From Gemmatimonadaceae bacterium (GTDB taxonomy: Bacteria > Gemmatimonadota > Gemmatimonadetes > Gemmatimonadales > Gemmatimonadaceae), in NCBI GenBank assembly GCA_040901985.1, contig JBBDYC010000017.1, positions 138,130 to 202,129 on the forward strand: a DNA stretch of 64,000 bases. Direction: 5' to 3'. A program made the translations under genes and the position numbers. Numbering within the stretch: the first letter of the stretch is position 1; every line of letters starts with the position of its first letter. Positions 49,417-59,125 of the stretch are shown here, one piece after another. Below the pieces are notes generated by a model. It was not told the DNA's origin. It saw nothing but the letters and a program-made list of their open reading frames with translations, and made no database searches.

Positions 49417-50862
49417 TCAATCGCGACTCGCTGCTGCGGCGTTGAGCTCGCGCACCGTCCGCGCGAGGTCTGAGCGCGCGCTCCTCGGATTCATCATTGT
49501 CACCCTCAACACTCTCGTCCCACCAAGTACCGTGGAGGTCACCCACCCCGCCCCCGACCGATTGTACGCTTCGCGAATCTTGACATTGTCCCCGTCCGTC
49601 CCACGCACTCGAAAGCAAAGAATATTCCCCTCCGGTGCATGGATCCCCTCGAACACATCCTCCTGCTCGTTGAGCAGCTCGTAAAGCGAAGAAGTCAGCG
49701 AACAGAGATGCTCGTACATCCCTCCAATCCCGTCCGCCCCCAACCGCTGCAGCGCCACCCAAACCTTCAACGCATCCCCTCTCCGCGAACACTGAAAACT
49801 CCTGGTCCCCATATCGAGACTCACGTCATCGTCTCTCGACGCCCCATGAAACAGATACGGCGCCTTCTGACTGAACGCCCGCTCCAAATCCCGCACATCG
49901 CGCGCCAACACCATCCCCGCCGACAACGGCAACAACATCATCTTGTGCGGATCCCAGGCAATCGTCCGCGCCTTCTCAATCCCGCGTAACTTCGATCGGT
50001 GCACCGACGAGAGCAGCGCCGAAGCCCCGTGCGCACCATCCACGTGCAGCCACAACCCACGCTGCTCACACAGGCCCCCAATCGCCTCAAGATTGTCAAA
50101 GCTCCCGGTCGCTGTTGACCCCGCAGTCGCCACCACGGCAAGCGCCGCTCGCCCCTCCCGCTCCAGCCGAGCCAGCACCGCCTCGAGCGCATCCACATCC
50201 ATCTTGAACTCACGCGACGGCACAGCCACGCAGTTGTCCGTCCCGAGCCCCATCATCCCCGCCGCACGCAGCACGGCATAGTGCGCGTGCTCCCCGTGCA
50301 CGAGCACGGGCATCGGTTTCTTCGGATCAAACCCCACCCGCCACGCATCCGGCTGCAGTTCAGCCCGCGCCGCAAGCAGCGCAGTGAACGTGGCCTCGGT
50401 CCCGCCACTCGTGAACGTCCCGCCGGCGCGGGGCCCAAGCCCTGCGAGCTGCGTCATCCACCCAATCACGCGCTCCTCAATCACGGACCCCACGGGCGAC
50501 ATCTCCCACACGGCCTGCGAATTGTTGAGCGCGCTGATCACGACCTCGCTCCACACGGCACTCGCCAGCGGCGCGGCCACCTGGTGACCCATCGCCATCG
50601 GATGCATCAGCCGATTCACATCCGGCATCACGTCGCGCTCAATCCGCGCAGCAACATCAGCCAACGGCTTCAACCCCATCGGCATCGGCTCATCAAACCG
50701 CGCCGCGATTGCCGCCGGCGAAAGCGCAGTGGATACCGGCCCCTCACCCGTGCGCGTCTGCGCGAAGTAGTCGGCCGCAATCTTCAGAAACGGGCCCGCC
50801 GCCTCGAGAGTCGTATCGCTCTCGAGCGCGGCGAGGAGCTCAGCCGTGCGTGGATCGGTCAT
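49417..50862 (-). CDS. Group II PLP-dependent decarboxylase
   Basis: TSGGTEA, HYAV, TAGSTATGSFD, WLHVDGAHG, DPHKM (PLP lysine). Confidence 0.92.
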   Translation of the reverse strand: MTDPRTAELLAALESDTTLEAAGPFLKIAADYFAQTRTGEGPVSTALSPAAIAARFDEPMPMGLKPLADVAARIERDVMPDVNRLMHPMAMGHQVAAPLASAVWSEVVISALNNSQAVWEMSPVGSVIEERVIGWMTQLAGLGPRAGGTFTSGGTEATFTALLAARAELQPDAWRVGFDPKKPMPVLVHGEHAHYAVLRAAGMMGLGTDNCVAVPSREFKMDVDALEAVLARLEREGRAALAVVATAGSTATGSFDNLEAIGGLCEQRGLWLHVDGAHGASALLSSVHRSKLRGIEKARTIAWDPHKMMLLPLSAGMVLARDVRDLERAFSQKAPYLFHGASRDDDVSLDMGTRSFQCSRRGDALKVWVALQRLGADGIGGMYEHLCSLTSSLYELLNEQEDVFEGIHAPEGNILCFRVRGTDGDNVKIREAYNRSGAGWVTSTVLGGTRVLRVTMMNPRSARSDLARTVRELNAAAASRD

Positions 50863-50936
50863 CCAAGGAATAGAAGGGTGCGGCGAGCGGAGCGCGAGCG
50901 CACAAGTTGAAGCCGAGAACCCCGCCAATCGAGAGC

Positions 50937-50973
50937 GATGCGTTGACATCACACTGCTGATGCATTAGCATCA
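50937..50973 (+). promoter_or_regulatory. Sigma70 promoter and operator of vapBC
   Basis: TTGACA-17-TAGCAT, 6 nt before ATG; dyads GATG-N6-CATC and TGATGC-ATTA-GCATCA over the -35 and -10 boxes. Confidence 0.8.
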
Positions 50974-50977
50974 TTCT

Positions 50978-51238
50978 ATGAGGACGACAGTGGACATCGA
51001 CCAGGACCTGCTCGACAAGGTGCGGCGGCGAGCTGAAGCAGAAGGCCTTTCGTTTCGAGAGGTCCTCAATCAGATCATTCACCGCGGACTGACCACGCCT
51101 GCGCCGAAGCGCAAACCGTACGTTATGCCGGTCTTGGACCTCGGGGTCGATCCGACGGTCAACATCAATGAATTGCTTGCGGAACTCGACATCGAGGACT
51201 TCATACGCGTACGGGATCGCGAGGCGAAGCGGCGGTGA
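50978..51238 (+). CDS. vapB: VapB-type ribbon-helix-helix antitoxin
   Basis: MRTTVDIDQDLL...SFREVLNQIIHRGL; GTGA overlap with the PIN gene. Confidence 0.85.
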   Translation: MRTTVDIDQDLLDKVRRRAEAEGLSFREVLNQIIHRGLTTPAPKRKPYVMPVLDLGVDPTVNINELLAELDIEDFIRVRDREAKRR

Positions 51239-51666
51239 AACTCGTCGATACCAACCTGCTGCTCTACGCCATCGATAAGGCGTCCGTCCATCACGCTGCG
51301 ACGAAGAAGTTTCTCGAACAAGCACTCTCAGCGGAGGAGACGCTAGCGCTCCCCTGGGCAGTCATCACCGGGTTCATCCGTCTCAGCACCAATCGCCGAG
51401 TCACCCGGCGGCCGATTGATCCGAAGGCCGCCAGCGCGATCGTTGATGGTTGGCTGGCGTTTCCCAACGTAGTCGCGCTTGACCCAGGCCCAGATCACTG
51501 GCGAATCATGCGCGAACTCATCGAAGCGACGGGGGTCGGCGGAAATCTGATCAATGACGCGCACCTCGCCGCGATGGCGATCGAGAACGGCGCCGAACTC
51601 TGCTCAGCCGACTCCGACTTCGCGCGATTTCCGCGCCTCAAGTGGACGGATCCGACGCGGGGCTGA
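51235..51666 (+). CDS. vapC: VapC PIN-domain ribonuclease toxin
   Basis: VDTNLLLYA, GNLINDAHLAAMAIE, SADSDFARF. Confidence 0.92.
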   Translation: MKLVDTNLLLYAIDKASVHHAATKKFLEQALSAEETLALPWAVITGFIRLSTNRRVTRRPIDPKAASAIVDGWLAFPNVVALDPGPDHWRIMRELIEATGVGGNLINDAHLAAMAIENGAELCSADSDFARFPRLKWTDPTRG

Positions 51667-51668
51667 CG

Positions 51669-52499
51669 CTACAACTTCCCCTTCGTCGGCAACTCCGCCC
51701 CGCACTCCTTGCAGTGCTTGGCATCCAGGTCGTGCCGATCCCGCCCGCACGTTCCGCAAGTCACCATCCGCGACGTCCGCTTCGACTTCTGCAACTCCAT
51801 CGTCACGATCCCGGTCGGCACGGCAATGATCCCGTAGCCGACCACCATCAGCAAACTCGCCATCATCTTCCCCAACGTCGTGGCCGGCGCAATGTCTCCG
51901 TAGCCCACGGTCGTCACGGTCACGATCGCCCAGTACATGGAAGTGGGGATGCTCGTGAATCCGTTCTCGGGGCCCTCGACGAGAAAGATCAGCGACCCCA
52001 CCACGGCCACGAGCGTGATCATCGTGAACACGAAGACGACGATCTTGTGCCGACTCGCCATCAGTGCCTGCCCGAGCGTGTTGGCCTCGGCTACGTACGC
52101 GGTGAGCCGGAGGATGCGGAAGATCCTCAGCACCCGGAACACGCGCACGATCCCCAGGAATCGCCACTCGGGGAAGAAGAGACTCACGTACGTCGGGAGC
52201 GTGGCCATCAAGTCCACCACACCGTAAAAGCTCTTGGCGTAACGCTTGGGGTCGGCGGCGCACCAGAGGCGGGTGATGTACTCGAACGTGAAGAGGATCG
52301 TGAAAAACCACTCGAACACCTTCAGCACGGAGTGCGCGCGCGGCGACAGTCCGGCCATGCTGTCGAGCATCACGACCATCACGCTGCCGAGGATGGCGAC
52401 GATCAGCGCGACATCGAAGGCGTTGCCGGCCTTGGTGTCGTGGTCGAAGATGATCCGGCGCCAACGGATGCGGCGCGCCTCGAAGCGGCTGGTGGTCAC
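51669..52499 (-). CDS. Ion transporter, voltage-gated K+ channel family
   Basis: S4 RVFRVLRIFRILR, selectivity filter TTVGYGD, C-terminal CxxC...CxxC. Confidence 0.92.
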   Translation of the reverse strand: MTTSRFEARRIRWRRIIFDHDTKAGNAFDVALIVAILGSVMVVMLDSMAGLSPRAHSVLKVFEWFFTILFTFEYITRLWCAADPKRYAKSFYGVVDLMATLPTYVSLFFPEWRFLGIVRVFRVLRIFRILRLTAYVAEANTLGQALMASRHKIVVFVFTMITLVAVVGSLIFLVEGPENGFTSIPTSMYWAIVTVTTVGYGDIAPATTLGKMMASLLMVVGYGIIAVPTGIVTMELQKSKRTSRMVTCGTCGRDRHDLDAKHCKECGAELPTKGKL

Positions 52500-52548
52500 G
52501 GGGTGAAACTACTGCCGGTGCCGGGGGCGGCGCGAGCGTGCGCTGAAA

Positions 52549-52935
52549 CTACAAAACCACCGTGTCGAACCCGAGTTTGCGCGCCACCTCGAGCTGCCGC
52601 TGGTCGTAGCTCGCAAACTCGACGCGCGGACCCTGCTGCCGCGCAAAATCAGCCGTGGCAAGATGAATCGCGTCGAGGGTTCGGACCGGCGATGGAAACG
52701 GCTCCAGCACCCGATCGAGTACCTCCCCGCCGAGTTCGAAAAGTCCGATCCGGCTCAACAGCTCGACCACGGCATCGCCCAGTTCGCGATTCCGACCGCG
52801 CCCGTTCACCACGGTCCAGAGCTCATACTCAAGCAACCGACTCGAGCAGAGCGCGCGGTCCCAGAACTCAGCCGGCGGTCGGGTGGTCTCGGCGAACAGC
52901 GACGCGAGCGCCACCGACGAGTCCACGTAGATCAA
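52549..52935 (-). CDS. PIN-domain (VapC-like) toxin
   Basis: IYVDSSV, LLEYE, RTLDAIHLATA, SYDQR. Confidence 0.88.
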   Translation of the reverse strand: MIYVDSSVALASLFAETTRPPAEFWDRALCSSRLLEYELWTVVNGRGRNRELGDAVVELLSRIGLFELGGEVLDRVLEPFPSPVRTLDAIHLATADFARQQGPRVEFASYDQRQLEVARKLGFDTVVL

Positions 52936-53222
52936 TGGTCGCCTCGCGACTCGTCGAGCCAGCGCATGACCTCCTCAAACGTCGCGATCGGATGACGCGG
53001 CGGCGGACCGGCGCCCACCACCTTCGCCGGCGTGAGAATGCCTCGGCGCACCAAGTCGGCCAGCCGCTCATCCACCACGGCGCGCTCCCGTCCCGCGCGC
53101 GGTGGCGTGAGCTCGGCGACCACCTTGTCGCGGTCCGTCACGAGAATGGTCTCCCCACTCGCCGCGAGCTTGACGTACTCGCTGAGCTTGTTCTTGAGCT
53201 GCTTGATGCCGATGGCTCGCAT
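52932..53222 (-). CDS. Phd/YefM family antitoxin
   Basis: IGIKQLKNKLSEYV..A.SGETILVTDRDKVVAEL; ATGA overlap with the toxin. Confidence 0.9.
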   Translation of the reverse strand: MRAIGIKQLKNKLSEYVKLAASGETILVTDRDKVVAELTPPRAGRERAVVDERLADLVRRGILTPAKVVGAGPPPRHPIATFEEVMRWLDESRGDH

Positions 53223-53227
53223 TCCTG

Positions 53228-53256
53228 AAAGTAGCTACCGGTAGCTACTTTGGCAA
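53228..53256 (-). promoter_or_regulatory. Promoter with perfect 24-bp operator palindrome
   Basis: AAAGTAGCTACCGGTAGCTACTTT (53228-53251); minus strand TTGCCA-17-TACTTT, 5 nt before ATG. Confidence 0.85.
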
Positions 53257-53292
53257 CACCGCCGCCTCTCCCGCAATCATTACATTCTGCTG

Positions 53293-55374
53293 ATGCGCCT
53301 AGCTCTTTCGTTCGTCGCGCTGCTGCTCGTCGCCGCGCCGCTTGCGGCGCAGGACGCCCCGCGCCTGATTCCCGCCCCGCGCGAGATTGTTCGCAGCGAC
53401 CCACCAGCCCGCTTCGCCGCCGAGATCACGGTCGAGGCAGGCGCCGATGCCGACGACCGGTTTGCGGCGCAGGACTTCGCCGAGACGATGACGGCACGCG
53501 GGTTCCGCGCTGCGGTTACGGCGAGTGACCGCGGCTGGCACGTGGACCTGCTCCGTGCCGGCACGGAGGCGGCGCGCCGGGTCCTGGAGCGCGAGAATCT
53601 GCGATTCACCCAGGCAATGGAAGCCGAGGGCTACATTTTGGTCACCGGCACCGAGGGCGCCACGGTCATCGCTGCAACGTCTGCCGGCGTCTTCCATGGA
53701 CTGCAGACGCTCAAGCAGCTCATCACGGGCGCGGGCAGCGCAGCCCAACTCCACCGCGTGGCAATCCGCGACTGGCCGGCAATGCAGCACCGCGGCGTCC
53801 AGGACGACATCTCCCGCGGCCCGGTGCCGACGCTCGAATACCAAAAGCGGCAGGTGCGCGCGGCGGCGGGGTTCAAGCTCAACATCTTCTCGCTCTGCTT
53901 CGAGCACACGCTCGCCTTCAACTCGCACCCACTCATCGCCCCGCCCGGCGGCGCGATGTCGCACGACGACGTCCGCGAGCTCGTTGCCTATGCGCGGCGC
54001 TACCACGTGACGATCCTCCCCCAGCAGCAGACCTTCGGGCACCTCCACCACGCGCTCAAGCTCGACCTCTACGCCGACGTCGCCGAGCAGCCGCACGGAC
54101 ACGTGCTCGCGCCTGGCGTGCCGCGCTCGCTGGAGATTGTCCGCGAGATCTACGCCGAGCTCGACTCGCTCTTTCCCTCCCCCTTTGTCCACCTCGGCGC
54201 CGACGAGACCTTCGAGCTTGGACTCGGCCGCACCAAGCCCGCCGTGGATGCGCAGACGGTCGGCCCAGTGTACCTCGACTATGTGCGACGCACGGTCGAG
54301 ACAGTACGACGCCCCGGCAAGCGCTACCTCTTCTGGGGCGACATCGCGATGAACCACCCGGAGCTGGTGTCGCGACTGCCAAGGGATCTCATCGCGGTGG
54401 GATGGGACTACTGGTCACGCTCGAACTTCGACCGCTACCTCAAGCCGTTCCGCGACGCGGGAATGGAGACCTGGATCGCCCCCGGCGTCAACAACTGGAA
54501 TCGCATCTGGCCGCAGACGAGTCAGGCGATGGCAAACATCCAGGGCTTTGCGCGCGACGGCCAGCGCGGCGGCGCCACAGGGATGATCAACACGACCTGG
54601 GACGACAACGGCGACGCGATCTTCGAACAGAACTGGCACGGGATCGCCTTCGGCGCGGCGGCGGCGTGGCAGGCCGGCGAGGCGGACACCTCGGCGTTCA
54701 AGCGCGCCTTTGGCTCGGTGTTCTACGGCGACACCACCGGGAGGATTGATCGCGCCTACGCGAAGCTCGCGGCGGCGCACGAGGCAATCGGGCGCTCCGG
54801 TGCCGGCGACGGACTGAGCTACCTCTTCTTCCTCGACCCGTGGACGCCCGAAGGCGTGTTCGAGTCGGCGCGGCTGCTTCCGGTGCTCCAGGAGGCGCGC
54901 GTGCACGCGGAGTCGGCGCTGGTGCTGGTCGCGCAGGCGCGGCGGCAATCGCATCTCCGCGAGCTCACCGCGCTCGACGCGATGGAGCTCGGCGCGCGAC
55001 GTCTCGATTGGCTCGGGATGAAGTTCCAGCTCGCCGACGAGATTGCCCAGCGCACCATCCGCGCCACGGCGCCCGGCCGCACCGACGTTGACTGGAAGGA
55101 ACTCTCCGAACTCACCGGCATCAACGGCCGCCTGCAGGACATGCGCGACGGCTTCGTGCTCACGCGCGAGCTCTTCGAGCGCTCGTGGCGCGCCGAGAAC
55201 CGGCCGTACTGGCTGCAGAACAACCTGGCGCGTTACGACGCCGAAGTCATCACCTGGGTGCGGCGCACCAACGTGATGGACCAGGCGCGGCGGCAGCACG
55301 CCCGGACGAAAACGATCCCGACGGCGGTCGAGTTGGGAGTGCCGGCGACGCTCGTCCAGCCGCGCGCCCCCTGA
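53293..55374 (+). CDS. GH20 beta-N-acetylhexosaminidase family protein
   Basis: Signal peptide, LIPAPRE, EGYIL, IRDWP...RG..DDISRG, HLGADET catalytic DE. Confidence 0.88.
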   Translation: MRLALSFVALLLVAAPLAAQDAPRLIPAPREIVRSDPPARFAAEITVEAGADADDRFAAQDFAETMTARGFRAAVTASDRGWHVDLLRAGTEAARRVLERENLRFTQAMEAEGYILVTGTEGATVIAATSAGVFHGLQTLKQLITGAGSAAQLHRVAIRDWPAMQHRGVQDDISRGPVPTLEYQKRQVRAAAGFKLNIFSLCFEHTLAFNSHPLIAPPGGAMSHDDVRELVAYARRYHVTILPQQQTFGHLHHALKLDLYADVAEQPHGHVLAPGVPRSLEIVREIYAELDSLFPSPFVHLGADETFELGLGRTKPAVDAQTVGPVYLDYVRRTVETVRRPGKRYLFWGDIAMNHPELVSRLPRDLIAVGWDYWSRSNFDRYLKPFRDAGMETWIAPGVNNWNRIWPQTSQAMANIQGFARDGQRGGATGMINTTWDDNGDAIFEQNWHGIAFGAAAAWQAGEADTSAFKRAFGSVFYGDTTGRIDRAYAKLAAAHEAIGRSGAGDGLSYLFFLDPWTPEGVFESARLLPVLQEARVHAESALVLVAQARRQSHLRELTALDAMELGARRLDWLGMKFQLADEIAQRTIRATAPGRTDVDWKELSELTGINGRLQDMRDGFVLTRELFERSWRAENRPYWLQNNLARYDAEVITWVRRTNVMDQARRQHARTKTIPTAVELGVPATLVQPRAP

Positions 55375-55481
55375 GACGCACCGGGCCCGGCATCGCCCGC
55401 CAACGCGCCCGACGCCGGCGTCGTATCATATTCGTGGCACCACGGCACCCGCCCCCCAAAAACAACCCGACCCCACGAGCC

Positions 55482-58400
55482 ATGCGCCCGACACGGTTCT
55501 TCTCCCTCCTCGCCGGCCTGACGCTCGTCGCGTCCGCCCCGGTCGCCTCGCAGTCCATTGACCAATCCCTCATTGACGGGCTCCAGTGGCGCCAGATCGG
55601 GCCGGCGAATATGACCGGTCGCACGACCGACATCGAGGGGATCCCCTCGCCGTCCAAGACCTTCTTCGTCCTCGGCGCAGCCGGCGGCGTCTGGAAGACG
55701 ACCAACAACGGCACCACCTTCCGGCCGGTCTTCGACAACTACGGCGTGGCCTCGATGGGCGACATCGCCATCGCCCCGAGCGACACGAACGTCCTTTACC
55801 TCGGCACCGGCGAGCCCAACTCGCGCAACTCCATCTCACCGGGGGGCGGGGTCTTCAAGTCCACCGACGGCGGGCTGACGTGGGCCTTCGTCGGGCTGAA
55901 GGAAACCGAACACGTCGGGCGCATCATCGTGCACCCGACCAACTCGAACGTTGCCTGGGTGGCCGCCCTCGGCGCGGCGTGGCGCCCGAACCGTGAGCGC
56001 GGGCTCTTCAAGACGACCGACGGCGGCCAGACCTGGCGAAACACCAAGTATATCAACGACACGACGGGCTTCGTGGACGTGGACATCCATCCGCGCGACC
56101 CGAACGTGCTCTTTGCGGCGAGCTATCACCGGCTCCGCGGGCCGTACTTCCTGCAGTCGGGCGGCCGTGGCTCGGCGCTCTGGAAGAGCACCGATGGCGG
56201 TGAGACGTGGTCCGAGATGACCGGGGGCGGATTCCCCGAGACGATGAAGGGTCGGATCGAGATCGCGATCGCCCAGTCCAACCCCGACATCATGTACGCG
56301 ATGGTCGAGGCCGACACCGCGCCCAACCCGCGGCCGACGGCCGGCGCCCGGGCGCAGGAACGCCGCAGCGGGCTCTATCGCTCGGCCGACGGCGGCCGCA
56401 CCTGGGAGCGCACCGCCCCCGACAACGTGCGTCCGTTCTACTACTCACAGGTGCGCGTCCATCCCACCAATCCCGACCGCGTCTGGTTCTCCTCCACTCC
56501 GGTGAAGGTCTCGGACGAGGGCGGTCGCAATGCGCGCAACTCAACGATCGGCCTGCACGTGGACCACCACGCGATGTGGATTGATCCGGTGGACCCCGAC
56601 CGCCATATCGTCGGCAACGACGGCGGCATCGGCGTCTCGTTCGACAACGGCGGCAACTACGACTTCCCGAACACGTTTGCGCTCGGCCAGTTCTACAACA
56701 TCTCGTTCGACCTGGCGGTGCCGTACCGCGTCTGTGGCGGGCTGCAGGACAACGGGTCGTGGTGCGGGCCGAGCCGGCGGCGGCAGGGCGCGATCACCAA
56801 TGCGATGTGGTTCAACTTCGGCGGTGGCGACGGGTTCGTGACGCAGCAGGACCCGACCGACCCCGACATCATGTACAGCGAGTCCCAGGCCGGCAATATG
56901 GGCCGCTACCTGCATTCCAGCGGCCAACGGACGACGTTCCAGAAGCCCAACTACCGCGAGCAGTACATGCGGTGGGAGGACTCGATGATGGTCGTGCGTG
57001 GCGACACCACTAGAGCGACCACGCCCGCGATGCGCCGCACGCTGGCCGACCTGCGCGCCAAGCAGGTGCGGGACTCGGCGGACGCGACGCTCGCCTGGAA
57101 CTGGAACACGCCCTTCTTCCTCTCGCCGCATAACCCGACCGTGGTGTATATGGGCGCCAACCGCGTGATGAAGAGCGTCAAGCGCGGCGACGAGATGTAC
57201 GCGATCTCACCTGACCTGAGCTACGCGGACCCGGTCAAGTTCCGCATCTCGACGGTCACGACCGGCGGCATCACGATTGACGCGACGCGGGCCGAGACCT
57301 TCGGCACGATCGTCTCGCTCAACGAGTCGCCGCTCAAGGCCGGCCTGCTGTACGCCGGCACCGATGACGGCCGACTCTGGCTCTCGCCGAACGACGGCGG
57401 CGCGTGGGAGGAACTGACCTCGCGCGTGAACGGTGTTCCGGCAGGGACCTACGTGTCGCGCATCGAGCCCTCGTCGCACGACGCCAGCACCTTCTACGTG
57501 ACGTACGACAACCATCGGCGCGGCGACTTCACGCCGTACGTCTTCGCCACGTCGGACGGCGGCCGCACGTTCCGCTCGATCGCCGGCGGCTTGCCGCGCG
57601 GCGGACCCGACTTCGTGCACGTGATCCGCGAGGATCCGCGCAACGCCGACCTCCTTTTCGTCGGCACCGACGTCGGCGTCTATGTGTCGGGCGACCGCGG
57701 AGCGACCTGGCAGAAGTTCATGACCGACCTGCCCAACGTCCCGGTGCACGACCTGAAGATCCATCCGCGCGACGCCGAACTGATTGCCGGCACGCACGGC
57801 CGGTCAATCTGGATCGTGGACATCGCGCCGCTGCAGCAGATGCAGCAAGCGATGGCGGGCGGCGCGACCCACCTCTTCGCGCCGCGGGTCGGCATCCAGT
57901 GGGGCGACGCGCCGATCGGCGGCGGCTCGACAGGGAATCAGATCTATCAGGCCCCGAGTCCGCAGTACGGCGCCGACATCTGGTACCGGCTGGCGCGGAA
58001 CGTCGGCCCGGTGCGCGTGCACATCCTGAACGCCGTCGGCGATACGCTGCAGTCGTTGACCGGGATGGGAATGCCGGGATTGCACCGGGTGACTTGGGGC
58101 TATCAGGGCCGTCCGGCGCCGCGCCCGGCGCTGCGCGGAGCCGCCTTGCGCGATTCGATCCTCGCGGCGCGTCGGATGGCGACGGCGCTCGATTCAATCG
58201 AGCGCACGGGCTCCGTCCCGAAGCCGGCGCTCGACCTTATCCGCCAGAACCTCGAGGGTGGCGTCCAGGGCACGCAGGCAATCGCCCGCGCCTTCGGCTT
58301 CGCCGGCGGCGGCGGTGGTGGTGGCGGAGCCGCCCAACCTGGACGCTGGGTTGACCGTCCGGCCGAGCAGCCGCCGCCGGCGCGTCCGGCGGAAGGACGG

Positions 58401-58682
58401 CCCGCGACCCCGGGACCGGCGGCGGGACTCGACCAGGCCACGCTCTTCACCGTGCTCCGTGCACTCGGCGTCACCGGCGGAGGTGGCGGTGGCGGATTCG
58501 GCGGCGCCCCGACACCGGTGGCCGAGCCGGGGGATTACGTCGTGTCCCTGACGGTGGATGGAGAGACGCACCGGCAGACGCTCCGGGTCGAACGCGCTTC
58601 GGGCGGCGCCACGACCGCCTTCCCGGCAGAAGTCGAGGAGATGTGGCGGTGGTACGAGCGCTGGCTCCGGGCCCAGCGCTGA
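55482..58682 (+). CDS. Secreted VPS10/sortilin-like BNR-repeat beta-propeller protein
   Basis: WRQIGPA, repeated S/T.DGG.TW Asp-boxes, HVDHHAMW, GGLQDNG, GTHGRSIW; Gly-rich tail. Confidence 0.88.
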   Translation: MRPTRFFSLLAGLTLVASAPVASQSIDQSLIDGLQWRQIGPANMTGRTTDIEGIPSPSKTFFVLGAAGGVWKTTNNGTTFRPVFDNYGVASMGDIAIAPSDTNVLYLGTGEPNSRNSISPGGGVFKSTDGGLTWAFVGLKETEHVGRIIVHPTNSNVAWVAALGAAWRPNRERGLFKTTDGGQTWRNTKYINDTTGFVDVDIHPRDPNVLFAASYHRLRGPYFLQSGGRGSALWKSTDGGETWSEMTGGGFPETMKGRIEIAIAQSNPDIMYAMVEADTAPNPRPTAGARAQERRSGLYRSADGGRTWERTAPDNVRPFYYSQVRVHPTNPDRVWFSSTPVKVSDEGGRNARNSTIGLHVDHHAMWIDPVDPDRHIVGNDGGIGVSFDNGGNYDFPNTFALGQFYNISFDLAVPYRVCGGLQDNGSWCGPSRRRQGAITNAMWFNFGGGDGFVTQQDPTDPDIMYSESQAGNMGRYLHSSGQRTTFQKPNYREQYMRWEDSMMVVRGDTTRATTPAMRRTLADLRAKQVRDSADATLAWNWNTPFFLSPHNPTVVYMGANRVMKSVKRGDEMYAISPDLSYADPVKFRISTVTTGGITIDATRAETFGTIVSLNESPLKAGLLYAGTDDGRLWLSPNDGGAWEELTSRVNGVPAGTYVSRIEPSSHDASTFYVTYDNHRRGDFTPYVFATSDGGRTFRSIAGGLPRGGPDFVHVIREDPRNADLLFVGTDVGVYVSGDRGATWQKFMTDLPNVPVHDLKIHPRDAELIAGTHGRSIWIVDIAPLQQMQQAMAGGATHLFAPRVGIQWGDAPIGGGSTGNQIYQAPSPQYGADIWYRLARNVGPVRVHILNAVGDTLQSLTGMGMPGLHRVTWGYQGRPAPRPALRGAALRDSILAARRMATALDSIERTGSVPKPALDLIRQNLEGGVQGTQAIARAFGFAGGGGGGGGAAQPGRWVDRPAEQPPPARPAEGRPATPGPAAGLDQATLFTVLRALGVTGGGGGGGFGGAPTPVAEPGDYVVSLTVDGETHRQTLRVERASGGATTAFPAEVEEMWRWYERWLRAQR

Positions 58683-58688
58683 CGCGTT

Positions 58689-59108
58689 TCAGCGCCGGCG
58701 CGCCTTCGACTTGACCCGTTCGACGGCGCGCCGCACGGCGCGCTCGGCGGCGTCAATTGCCCGATCGAAGGCGGCGCGGTGCTCGTACTCCACCACCTGC
58801 ACGACCACGCTCTCGTTGCGCGTGATCACGACCTTCACCGCGCAGCGGCAGGCGGGCGCTCCCTTTGCGCCGCTCACGTTCTCGAGCCGGACGGTGGCGC
58901 GCTCGATGATGGGCGCGTACTTGCCGAGCTTGAAGCCGGCGCGTTGGTGGATGTAGTCGCGCAACGCGTCGTCCACCTCGACGCCGCGCGCCCGCAGGGC
59001 GAGCGGCGTCTCCTCCGAGACGGTGCGGCCGCGCTCGTTGCGGGGCTTGCTGTTGGCGGCCACGCCCATCGGAGCGCGCCGGGATGCCTTGCTCTTGCTT
59101 CGGGCCAT
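58689..59108 (-). CDS. HPF/RaiA family ribosome-associated protein
   Basis: DDALRDYI, IERATVRL, AAFDRAIDAAERAVRR; GGAG RBS. Confidence 0.78.
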   Translation of the reverse strand: MARSKSKASRRAPMGVAANSKPRNERGRTVSEETPLALRARGVEVDDALRDYIHQRAGFKLGKYAPIIERATVRLENVSGAKGAPACRCAVKVVITRNESVVVQVVEYEHRAAFDRAIDAAERAVRRAVERVKSKARRR

Positions 59109-59125
59109 CGATCTCTCCGTTGAGG

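Noticed and set aside
49397..49792. 131-aa minus-strand ORF beside the McrC-like gene as a third defence gene
   Set aside because: Alternate frame of the decarboxylase 3' end with no motifs.
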